In this document: positions 45,728 through 54,470 of the stretch, one piece after another
Position numbering within the stretch: position 1 is the stretch's first letter
How the letters are laid out: each line of letters begins with the position of its first letter
Origin: Brevundimonas sp.
GTDB taxonomy: Bacteria; Pseudomonadota; Alphaproteobacteria; Caulobacterales; Caulobacteraceae
Direction: 5' to 3'
DNA: 64,000 bases
NCBI RefSeq assembly: GCF_044336875.1
Contig: NZ_JBIIOP010000009.1
Location: 50,325 to 114,324 of the forward strand
Program-made: the position numbers and the translations under genes
Notes under the pieces: generated by a model
Databases searched by the model: none
Seen by the model: only the letters and a program-made list of their open reading frames with translations
What the model was told of the DNA's origin: nothing

Positions 45728-46720
45728 ATGACTATGGACCGCCGCACCTTGCTGGGCCTGGCGGGCGCCGTCGTCGCCTCTCCGGCCCTGGCGCAACAGA
45801 CCCTGAGCCCGCGCCATCCGACACCGACCATCGCCCCACCCGATCCGACCGAGATCATCCGTCTGTGGCCGAACGGCGCGCCGGGCGGGGAGGGGGTCAG
45901 CGTCACCCCCGTCGTGCCCGAACGATCGACTGATCCGGCGTTCCACGACCGCTACGCCCAGTATACGACCGACCCGATCCTGACCGTCTTCCGGCCCGAG
46001 CGGCCGAACGGTTCGGCCCTGCTGCTGATCCCCGGCGGCGGCTATCGCTGGGCGGTGCTGGACAAGGAGGGCTATGACGTCGCCCGCGTCTTCGCCGAGA
46101 CCGGGACCACCTGTTTCGTCCTGCGCTACCGCCTGCCGGCCGACGGCTGGGCCGCCGGGGCCGACGCCCCGCTGCAGGACGCCCAGCGCGCCCTGCGCCT
46201 GATCCGCAGCCGCGCCGCCGACTATGGGCTGAAGCCCGACCGGATCGGCGTCCTCGGCGCCTCGGCCGGGGGCCATCTGGCGGGACTGGCCAGCGCCCGG
46301 ACCGATGCGACCTATGCTCCGGTCGACGCCGCCGACACGGTGTCGCTGCGCCCGGACCTGACGGTGCTCATGTATCCGGTCGCCACCATGGAAGATCCGC
46401 ACGTCCACGCCGGATCGCGCACCCACCTGCTGGGCGAGACGCCGACGCCGGAACGGATCGCCGCCTATTCGCTGGAGCGGATGGACTGGAAGGACGCCGC
46501 GCCGGTGTTTCTGGTCCACGCCATGGACGACGCCTCGGTGCCGGTCGAGAACAGTCTGCAACTGCTGACCACCCTCAAGGCCGCCGCCGTCCCGGCCGAG
46601 GCGCATCTGTTCCAGGAAGGCGGCCACGGCTTCGGCGTCCGCCTGATCCAGGGCAGGCCGGCCCAGGTCTGGCCCGATCTGGTCCGCGCCTGGGCCGCCC
46701 GGCTGGACTTCCCGCTCTAG
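45728..46720 (+). CDS. Alpha/beta-hydrolase esterase (PaeX/acetyl-esterase-like), Tat-exported
   Basis: DRRTLL; IPGGGY, GASAGG (Ser), HAMDDASVP (Asp), GGHGFG (His). Confidence 0.85.
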   Translation: MTMDRRTLLGLAGAVVASPALAQQTLSPRHPTPTIAPPDPTEIIRLWPNGAPGGEGVSVTPVVPERSTDPAFHDRYAQYTTDPILTVFRPERPNGSALLLIPGGGYRWAVLDKEGYDVARVFAETGTTCFVLRYRLPADGWAAGADAPLQDAQRALRLIRSRAADYGLKPDRIGVLGASAGGHLAGLASARTDATYAPVDAADTVSLRPDLTVLMYPVATMEDPHVHAGSRTHLLGETPTPERIAAYSLERMDWKDAAPVFLVHAMDDASVPVENSLQLLTTLKAAAVPAEAHLFQEGGHGFGVRLIQGRPAQVWPDLVRAWAARLDFPL

Positions 46721-48276
46721 GTTCCCGGCTGGACGTAGGGGATGGCCGAGAAGAAGGCCCGCTCGTCGCCGCGCGGGTCGTCGGCCATGCGCGACTCGAC
46801 GTCGAACAGCATCGTCTGGCGGCGCGCCAGCTCGTAGCGGTCCCAGCGCGGCAGGCCTGCATGGTTCGGGTCGCCGTCGCGGGCCAGGGCGAAGAAGGCC
46901 TTGCGCATCGCCTCCGACACGGTCTGGGCGCCCGGCCCGTTCACGCGGGATTCCGGAATGGCGACATTGTCGAAGACCAGGGCGATGTCGGCCGTGTGGA
47001 AGGCGCCCCTGCGTCCCGACGGCATGGTCCCCGGATAGTCGAGTTGATAGACCCAGGCCGGCGCCCCGGCCTTCGCCCGCTCCTCCGCCTCGATCACCGC
47101 GCCGCGCCAGGATCGGCCCGCCGTGGTGGCGGCGATCAGCACCTGATCCGGCGACCAGTCGGGATGCATCCGGCGGTATCCGGCGATCACCGCCTCCGGC
47201 GTGATGTCGATCCGCATCACCCCGGGCGTCAGCCGCGCGGGCAGGGTCTCCCAGCTCAGGCCGGCATTCTTCGGATCATTGCCCATGAAGCCCAGGGTCT
47301 CGTCCCGGGTATTGCCGATGATCATCGGAATCGACCGCCCCTGCGGCGCGGCGTCCGGATAGAAGGGATGGCGGGGCAGGGTGCGGAAATCCAGCACCGG
47401 CCCGAAATAGAGGCCGCCGAAGCCCAGGATCGGATCCTCGGTTCCTTGCGCCTCCAGCAGTCGCTCGACCGGCATCGTCGCCGCCTCGGCCGCCCGGTCC
47501 GGCGTCAGGCCCAGGGCCTTCAGCCAGGTCGTCGTCCGCGTCGTGGCGTTGATGGGGCCGGACGCCGTCACCTGCTGTCCGCTCATGGTCGCGGCGCGAT
47601 GGAACAGGCCCTGCGCGGCCGGCGTCGCCATAAGGGTGGCGATCTTGGCCCCGCCGCCCGACTGTCCGAACAGCATGACCCGGTCCGGATCCCCGCCGAA
47701 GGCGGCGATATTGTCCCGCACCCACTGCAGGGCCTGGATCAGGTCCAGCTGTCCCACATTGCCTGAATCCTCGAAGCCCGGCGCCAACCGCGCCAGATAG
47801 GCGTAGCCGAAGACGTTCAGCCGGTGATTGACCGTCACCACCACCACATCGCCGTGCTCGGCCAGTCGCGCGCCGTCATAAAGCGGATGGCTGCCTGACC
47901 CGGTCGCATAGGCGCCGCCGTGGATATAGACCATGACCGGCCGCTTTCCGGCGTCGGCGCCCGGCGTCCAGACGTTCAGGAACAGGCAATCCTCGCTCTG
48001 ATTCGCCTCGTCGCCGCGCTGGGGACTGGCGCCGCCGAAGGCGACCGCCCGGACCGGTTCGCGCCACGGCGTCGGCTTTTGCGGCGGCTGGAATCGTCTC
48101 GTCGCCGCGCCGTAACGCACGCCTTTGAAGACCCTGACCGCCTCACTGCGGATGCCGACGACGGGGCCTGCCGTGGTCAGCACCTGGGGATCGGTCGGCC
48201 CCGGTGCGGCGCGGGGCGAGGCGGGAAGGGCCGCGACCGCCAGCCCCGCCGCCAGGGCCGAACGTCGGCTCATCAT
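46717..48276 (-). CDS. Type-B carboxylesterase, Tat-exported
   Basis: SRRSAL; SEDCLFLNVW, YIHGGAY, FGQSGGG (Ser), NTRDET (Glu), GAFHTADI (His). Start could alternatively be 48315. Confidence 0.88.
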   Translation of the reverse strand: MMSRRSALAAGLAVAALPASPRAAPGPTDPQVLTTAGPVVGIRSEAVRVFKGVRYGAATRRFQPPQKPTPWREPVRAVAFGGASPQRGDEANQSEDCLFLNVWTPGADAGKRPVMVYIHGGAYATGSGSHPLYDGARLAEHGDVVVVTVNHRLNVFGYAYLARLAPGFEDSGNVGQLDLIQALQWVRDNIAAFGGDPDRVMLFGQSGGGAKIATLMATPAAQGLFHRAATMSGQQVTASGPINATTRTTTWLKALGLTPDRAAEAATMPVERLLEAQGTEDPILGFGGLYFGPVLDFRTLPRHPFYPDAAPQGRSIPMIIGNTRDETLGFMGNDPKNAGLSWETLPARLTPGVMRIDITPEAVIAGYRRMHPDWSPDQVLIAATTAGRSWRGAVIEAEERAKAGAPAWVYQLDYPGTMPSGRRGAFHTADIALVFDNVAIPESRVNGPGAQTVSEAMRKAFFALARDGDPNHAGLPRWDRYELARRQTMLFDVESRMADDPRGDERAFFSAIPYVQPGT

Positions 48277-48460
48277 GGCCCGTTCGGCTGTTTCTGTGTC
48301 CGCGTCCTGTCTCATCCGTCGTCCTTCCCTAAAAGCCGGCCTCTATCGGACCGGTCGTTTTGCACCTCTGCACAGCGGCTGGACGGCGCCGATGCGGAAA
48401 CGGGAAAAACCCGTCCGCCACCTTCTTGCCACCGACCCGCAACTGTGCGTACAACTTCTA

Positions 48461-48474
48461 TGACACCGGTAGCA
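48461..48474. promoter_or_regulatory. LacI operator (site 1 of 2) between esterase and TBDR
   Basis: TGACACCGGTAGCA. Confidence 0.72.
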
Positions 48475-48494
48475 GCGATCTGGCAAACCAGACC

Positions 48495-48508
48495 TGACAC
48501 CGGTGTCG
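48495..48508. promoter_or_regulatory. LacI operator (site 2 of 2)
   Basis: TGACACCGGTGTCG; near-perfect palindrome, 34 bp from site 1. Confidence 0.82.
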
Positions 48509-48578
48509 CCCGCCAGCAGCGGGCGGTGAAACGGGGGCGGATCGATCCCCGAGAGCCAGACCTGGGAGGAGATCGAAA

Positions 48579-51452
48579 ATGAACCAACGCCATAAATTCG
48601 CGCGTCGCGCGCTGACGACCACCGTTTCGCTGGGCGCCCTGGCGCTCGCCGTCATGGCGCACGACGCCGCCGCGCAGACCGCCGAGCCGGATGCCGCTCA
48701 GGACGCCGCAGAGGTCGACGAGATCGTCGTCACCGGCTTCCGCGCCAGCCTGCAGAACGCCCTGAACATCAAGCGCCGCGAGGCCGGCGTCGTCGACGCC
48801 ATCTCGGCCGAGGACATCGCCGACTTCCCCGACACCAATCTGGCGGAATCGATCCAGCGTATCCCCGGCGTCTCCATCGACCGCGACGCGGGCGAGGGGC
48901 GTTCGATCACCGTGCGCGGCCTGAGCTCGGAGTTCACCCGCACCCGCATCAACGGCATCGAGGCCCAGTCCTCGACCGGCGCGACCGACTCCTCGGGCGG
49001 CGTGAACCGTGGCCGCGGCTTCGACTTCAACGTCTTCGCTTCCGAACTCTTCAACAATATCACCGTCCGCAAGACCGCCTCCGCCGAGGTCGAGGAGGGT
49101 TCGCTGGGCGCGACGGTCGATCTCCGCACCAGCCGTCCGTTTGACAAGATGGGCTTCCAGGGCGCCCTGTCGGGCCAGTACGGCTATAACGACCTGTCGC
49201 AGGACTGGAGCCCGCGCTTCGCCGCCCTGGTGTCCAACACCTGGGCCGATGATCAGCTCGGCGCCCTGTTCTCCATCGCCTACAGCGAGCGCGACAGCCT
49301 GGAAGAAGGCTTCAGCTCGGTCCGCTGGGGGCCGGCTGGCCCGAACCCGGGCTTCCCGACGTCGAACGATGGCGGCTTCCAGAACGTCGGCGTGCTTCCG
49401 AACGCCAACCTCGTGTATCACCCTCGCATTCCCCGCTACGGCAGCCTGGAACATAGTCAGGAGCGTCTGGGCGCAACCCTGTCGCTGCAGGCCCGGCCGG
49501 GCAATGGGCCGACCCTGTTCACCATGGACATGCTGTATTCGAAGCTCGATTCGACCCGCAGCGAGAACTTCCTCCAGGCTTGGTCGCTCAGCCGCGGCGC
49601 CGATCAGGGTGGTAAACCCCAGGTCGACATCGTCGACTTCGAGATCGACCCCGACACGGGCGAGATGATCTACGCCCAGCTCGACGACATGGACATCCGC
49701 AGCGAGCAGCGGTTCGATGTCCTTGAGACCGAGTTCAAACAGATGACTTTCGGCGTCGAGCACGAGTTCTCGGATCGCCTGCGATTCAGCGGCCTGGTCG
49801 GCCGGGCGGAATCGAGCTTCGGCAACCCCGTGCAGGTCAGCGCGATCATCGATCGCCAGAACGTCGACGGCTATTCCTATGATTTCCGCGAGAATCGAAA
49901 CCTGCCCGCCATCAACTGGGGCTTCGACGTCACGGACCCCGCCCAGTGGACGATCGTCGGCCCGGCAGGCGCACAGCCGCGTTCGGAACTGCGCTCCAGC
50001 TCCAACTTCCAGGAAAATATCTATACGACGGGTGAGGCGAGCTTCGAGTTCGAGCTCAACGACTGGCTGACGCTGAAGGCCGGTGTGAGTCGCAAGGAGT
50101 TCGAATCGAACAGCCGCAACTTCGCCCGCCTGACGAACGGGGCGCCCGCCCTGCCGGCCGGCGTCAGCATGGCGGACGTGACCAATCTGCTGGAAGGCTT
50201 CGGGCGCAACCTCGATCTGCCGGCCGGGTCGGCGACCGCCTGGGTTCGGCCCGATCTGGCCGCGCTGGCGGATGTTTGGGATTACAACTGCAACTGCGAC
50301 ACGGGCGTCCCCGGGGGGGATTTCCGCCTGATCGGTCTGAATGGAAACTCCACGACCTACGGCAACTGGCGCGAAGTGACGGAGAAGGACACCGGCGGCT
50401 ACGTTCAGGCGGACTGGGACACCGAGGTCAGGGGTGTGGCTTTCCGCGGCAACATCGGTGTGCGCCAGGTGAAAACGGAAGTCGAAGCCCTGGGCTATTC
50501 CAATGTCGGCGGGGTCGCGACGCCTGTTCTCGGCAAGAACGAGTACGAAGACACTCTGCCGTCGCTGAACCTGTCGATCGAGCCTTACGAAAATCTGATC
50601 GTTCGTTTCGCTGCAGCCAAGGTGATGTCCCGTCCGCCGGTGACGAACCTGCCGCCGGTGTTCACGCTTAGCGCCGCCAACGCCGCGACCAACACGGCCT
50701 CTCTGGGCAATGTCGAGCTCGATCCGTACCGGGCCAAGACCTATGACCTGTCCATCGAGTATTATTTCGCGCCCGAGGCCCTGCTGTCCTTCGCCTACTT
50801 CTACAAGGACATCTCGACCTATGTGCAGACCACGGCGGAGCCGGTGCTCTACAGCGACCTGACGGCGCTCAATCCCATCGCCTTCCCTGCGGGAGCGCGC
50901 CCGGCGGGCGCCACCTTCCAGTTCAGCACGCCGACCAACACCCCCGGCGGCCCGCTGAAGGGCTTCGAGATCAGCTATCAGCAGACCTTCAGCTTCCTGC
51001 CGGGGCCGCTCGCGAACCTTGGCACGCAGCTCAACTACACCCACGTTGAATCGGAGATCGACTACTGCGTCACCGCCACCTGCGCAGCCTTTGTCACGGC
51101 TGATCTGGTCAACCTGTCGCCGGAGGCCTGGAACGCGACGCTGTATTACGATGACGGCAAGATCAACGCCCGGGTCTCAGCTGCCTATCGCGACGCCTAT
51201 TTCCAGAACGTCCCGGGATCGAACGGCGCGCTGGGTCTGATCCCGTATCAGGGCAAGTCGGAATCGACCACCATCGACGCCTCGGCCTCCTACAATCTGA
51301 CGGACAGCCTCAGCTTCTCCATCGAGGGGCTGAACCTGACGGACGAGGAGAACCGCCAGAACCACGGCGACATCGGCGGGTCACGCGACAGCACCTATGT
51401 CTATCACCACACGGGCCGCCAACTGTACGTCGGCGCTCGCTACAAGTTCTGA
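48579..51452 (+). CDS. TonB-dependent receptor
   Basis: GGAGGAG SD; DEIVVTG TonB box, EDIADFPDTNLAESIQRIPGVSI plug, terminal GARYKF. Confidence 0.96.
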   Translation: MNQRHKFARRALTTTVSLGALALAVMAHDAAAQTAEPDAAQDAAEVDEIVVTGFRASLQNALNIKRREAGVVDAISAEDIADFPDTNLAESIQRIPGVSIDRDAGEGRSITVRGLSSEFTRTRINGIEAQSSTGATDSSGGVNRGRGFDFNVFASELFNNITVRKTASAEVEEGSLGATVDLRTSRPFDKMGFQGALSGQYGYNDLSQDWSPRFAALVSNTWADDQLGALFSIAYSERDSLEEGFSSVRWGPAGPNPGFPTSNDGGFQNVGVLPNANLVYHPRIPRYGSLEHSQERLGATLSLQARPGNGPTLFTMDMLYSKLDSTRSENFLQAWSLSRGADQGGKPQVDIVDFEIDPDTGEMIYAQLDDMDIRSEQRFDVLETEFKQMTFGVEHEFSDRLRFSGLVGRAESSFGNPVQVSAIIDRQNVDGYSYDFRENRNLPAINWGFDVTDPAQWTIVGPAGAQPRSELRSSSNFQENIYTTGEASFEFELNDWLTLKAGVSRKEFESNSRNFARLTNGAPALPAGVSMADVTNLLEGFGRNLDLPAGSATAWVRPDLAALADVWDYNCNCDTGVPGGDFRLIGLNGNSTTYGNWREVTEKDTGGYVQADWDTEVRGVAFRGNIGVRQVKTEVEALGYSNVGGVATPVLGKNEYEDTLPSLNLSIEPYENLIVRFAAAKVMSRPPVTNLPPVFTLSAANAATNTASLGNVELDPYRAKTYDLSIEYYFAPEALLSFAYFYKDISTYVQTTAEPVLYSDLTALNPIAFPAGARPAGATFQFSTPTNTPGGPLKGFEISYQQTFSFLPGPLANLGTQLNYTHVESEIDYCVTATCAAFVTADLVNLSPEAWNATLYYDDGKINARVSAAYRDAYFQNVPGSNGALGLIPYQGKSESTTIDASASYNLTDSLSFSIEGLNLTDEENRQNHGDIGGSRDSTYVYHHTGRQLYVGARYKF

Positions 51453-51500
51453 TCGAGACAGGGCGCCGGGTTCAGGCCCGGCGTCCAACTGACAAGACCG

Positions 51501-51540
51501 GGGCGGGTTCATGCGCAGGCATGGCCCGCCCTTTTCTTTT
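51501..51540 (+). terminator. Intrinsic terminator after the TBDR
   Basis: GGGCGGGTTCATG-loop-CATGGCCCGCCC followed by TTTTCTTTT. Confidence 0.8.
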
Positions 51541-51672
51541 GTCTCAGGCGGGCGGGGAGACGAGGGGAGGGCCTGACGCCACACGGCCGGCCCCATGTCC
51601 GAGAAGCAGCCAAAGAAAAACCCCCGGCCTCGCGAGGAGACCGGGGGCTGTTCGTTTCGCTTCGAGAAGGCG

Positions 51673-53034
51673 TCAGACCTTGGCGGCGCGGGTCTTGTCC
51701 GAGGAACTGCGAGCCAGTTCACGGTTCAGCCACAGGGCGACCAGGGTGCAGACCGCGCCCGACAGCAGATAGGCGCCGGCGGCGACCAGACCGAACTGGC
51801 TGGAGATCCACAGGGCGGCCAGAGGCGCGAAACCGGCGCCGAACAGCCAGGCCAGGTCGGAAGTCAGGGCCGAGGACGTGTAGCGGTTGGCCAGGGAGAA
51901 GGTCGAGGCGACCGGGCCGGAGGCCTGACCGAACGACAGACCCAGCAGGATGAAGCCCGAGATCATGAAGACCAGTTCGCCGGTCGCGCCGCCGTTCAGC
52001 AGCTGCGGCGCGAAGCCCGAGAAGGCCGCGATGCCGGCGGCCGTGACCGCCAGCAGGGTGCGACGGCCGTAGCGGTCGGCCAGGACGCCCGAGGCCAGGA
52101 TGGCCAGCAGGCCGAACACGGCGCCGACCATTTCGATCAGCAGGAAGCGGACCGGCGTCTCCTGGGTGAACAGGAAGACCCACGACAACGGGAAGACGGT
52201 GACCATGTGGAACATGGCGAAGCTGGCCAGGGGGGCGAAGGCGCCGATGGCGATCTTGGGGCCTTCCGCCGCGATGGCGGTGTGGACCGGCGTCGGCTGC
52301 AGTTCGCGGGTCTCGAACAACTGCTGGAAGGCCGGGGTCACGACGATGCGCAGACGGGCGAACAGGGCCACGACATTGATGGCGAAGGCCACGAAGAAGG
52401 GATAGCGCCAGCCCCAGTCCAGGAAGTCGGCGGCCGACAGGGTGTTCAGGAAGAAGGCGAACAGGGCCGAGGCGACGATCAGGCCGATCGGCGCGCCCAG
52501 TTGCGGGATCATGGCGTACCAGCCGCGACGATTCTCCGGCGCGTTCAGCGCCAGCAGCGAGGCCATGCCGTCCCAGGCGCCGCCCAGGGCCACGCCCTGA
52601 CCGATGCGGAACACGGCCAGCAGCACGGCGGCGGCGACGCCGATCGTCTCATAGCCGGGCAGGAAGGCCACGGCGACCGTCGAGGTGCCCAGCAGGAACA
52701 GGGCGATGGTCAGCTTGGCGCCGCGCCCGAACTTCTGGTCGATGGCGATGAACAGGGCCGTGCCCAGCGGGCGGGCCAGGAAGGCCAGGGCGAAGATCGC
52801 GAACGACAGCAGGGTGCCGCCGATCGGGCCCGCGAAGGGGAAGATCAACTGCGGGAACACGACCACGGAGGCGATGGCGTAGACGAAGAAGTCGAAGAAC
52901 TCCGACGTCCGGCCGATGATCACGCCGATGGCGATCTCGCCCGCGTCCACCTTTCCGTGGTGGCCTCCATGGGCGTGGAGGGCGGCGGCGTCGCGTTCCA
53001 GCGACTCTGACGAAGGGGTCGTCGAGGCGGACAT
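51673..53034 (-). CDS. MFS transporter, MHS family (cyo-associated)
   Basis: EFFDFFVY, FLARPLG, GQGVALGGAWDG, WGWRYPF, DRYGRR. Start moved to ATG 53034. Confidence 0.9.
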   Translation of the reverse strand: MSASTTPSSESLERDAAALHAHGGHHGKVDAGEIAIGVIIGRTSEFFDFFVYAIASVVVFPQLIFPFAGPIGGTLLSFAIFALAFLARPLGTALFIAIDQKFGRGAKLTIALFLLGTSTVAVAFLPGYETIGVAAAVLLAVFRIGQGVALGGAWDGMASLLALNAPENRRGWYAMIPQLGAPIGLIVASALFAFFLNTLSAADFLDWGWRYPFFVAFAINVVALFARLRIVVTPAFQQLFETRELQPTPVHTAIAAEGPKIAIGAFAPLASFAMFHMVTVFPLSWVFLFTQETPVRFLLIEMVGAVFGLLAILASGVLADRYGRRTLLAVTAAGIAAFSGFAPQLLNGGATGELVFMISGFILLGLSFGQASGPVASTFSLANRYTSSALTSDLAWLFGAGFAPLAALWISSQFGLVAAGAYLLSGAVCTLVALWLNRELARSSSDKTRAAKV

Positions 53035-53076
53035 GGGCTGGGATCGCTCCGTGCAATTAGAGAATTTGGGCGTACG

Positions 53077-53148
53077 GCGGTAATGCCGCATTATGACCGC
53101 GCGCCCTTTGCGATGAAAGTCGCGACAAGAGGATAGGACAGATTGTCC
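53077..53148. promoter_or_regulatory. Cluster of RegA-type GC palindromes upstream of cyoA
   Basis: GCGG-TAATG-CCGC (53077-53089), GCGAT-GAAA-GTCGC (53110-53123), GGACA-GAT-TGTCC (53136-53148). Confidence 0.45.
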
Positions 53149-53245
53149 AATGTCGTTTCCGGACGAAGCTGATTATCGCCGCCAATTCGAACGCCAACCG
53201 TCGCGACTCCTCCCCGTTGTCCGACGCTTCCCGATTGGAGCCGCC

Positions 53246-54457
53246 TTGCGCCGTCTGCGCCTACTTCTGCTCGTGCCCATGGTGGCGCTGCTGTCGGCCT
53301 GCAACCTGGTCGTCCTGAAACCCGCCGGCGATGTCGCCCAGCAGCAGGGCGACCTGCTGATGATCTCCACCCTGCTGATGCTGATCATCATCGTGCCCGT
53401 GATGGCGTTGACGGTCTTCTTCGCCTGGAAGTACCGCGCCTCCAACAAGGACGCCGAATATCAGCCCGACTGGGACCACTCGACCCATCTGGAAGTGGTG
53501 ATCTGGGCTGCGCCGCTGCTGATCATCATCTGCCTGGGCGCCCTGACCTGGGCCGGCACCCACCTGCTGGACCCCTATCGTCCGATCGACCGGATCAAGC
53601 CGGGGCAGGCCGTGGCCGAGGACGTGCAGCCGCTTCAGGTCAATGTCGTCGCGCTCGACTGGAAATGGCTGTTCATCTATCCGGAATACGGCGTCGCCAC
53701 GGTCAACGAACTGGCCGCGCCGGTCGATCGTCCGATCCGGTTCCACATCACCTCGTCCTCGGTGATGAACTCCTTCTACATCCCCGCCCTGGCCGGCCAG
53801 ATCTACGCCATGCCGGGCATGGAGACGAAGCTGCACGCCGTCATCAATCGCCCCGGCGAATACGAGGGCTTCTCGGCCAACTATTCGGGCGACGGCTTCT
53901 CGCACATGCGTTTCGCCTTCCACGGTCTGGACCAGGCCGGGTTCGACACCTGGATCGCCGGGGTTCGCCAGGGCGCGCAGACGCTGGATCGCGACCGCTA
54001 TCTCGAGCTTGAGAAGCCCAGCGAGAAGGTGCCGGCCATGAGGTTCTCGAGCGTCGACGGCGGCCTGTGGGACGCCATCCTCAACATGTGCGTCGAGCCG
54101 GGCAAGATGTGCATGGGCGAGATGATGGAGATCGACCGCAAGGGCGGCATGACCATGGCCTCGGCGCGCAACACCATGCCGCTGATCTATGACAAGTACG
54201 CCGGTCGCGGGAAGAACGCCGCCATCTTCGGTTCCGACGACAGCTACGTCATGACCATCTGCACGCCGCTTCAGGCCGAGGCCGCCGCCGCCGACCGCAT
54301 CCGTCGCGCCGAGCTGGACGCGGTCAGCGCCCCGGTCAGCCTGGCCCCCCTGTCGGGTCTCGGCCTGCCGCAGGGCACGCCGATGGCCTCGCTTTCCAAT
54401 ATTCAACAGTCGACGGGGGCGGTTTCGACCGACGTCCGTTCCGCCCCCAACGCCTGA
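53246..54457 (+). CDS. cyoA: Cytochrome bo3 ubiquinol oxidase subunit II
   Basis: LSAC lipobox, EVVIWAAP, VALDWKWLFIYP, VMNSFYIPALAGQIYAMPGM, SANYSGDGFSHM. TTG start with GGAG 5 nt upstream (start inferred). Confidence 0.94.
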   Translation: MRRLRLLLLVPMVALLSACNLVVLKPAGDVAQQQGDLLMISTLLMLIIIVPVMALTVFFAWKYRASNKDAEYQPDWDHSTHLEVVIWAAPLLIIICLGALTWAGTHLLDPYRPIDRIKPGQAVAEDVQPLQVNVVALDWKWLFIYPEYGVATVNELAAPVDRPIRFHITSSSVMNSFYIPALAGQIYAMPGMETKLHAVINRPGEYEGFSANYSGDGFSHMRFAFHGLDQAGFDTWIAGVRQGAQTLDRDRYLELEKPSEKVPAMRFSSVDGGLWDAILNMCVEPGKMCMGEMMEIDRKGGMTMASARNTMPLIYDKYAGRGKNAAIFGSDDSYVMTICTPLQAEAAAADRIRRAELDAVSAPVSLAPLSGLGLPQGTPMASLSNIQQSTGAVSTDVRSAPNA

Positions 54458-54470
54458 GCGAACATAGTCG

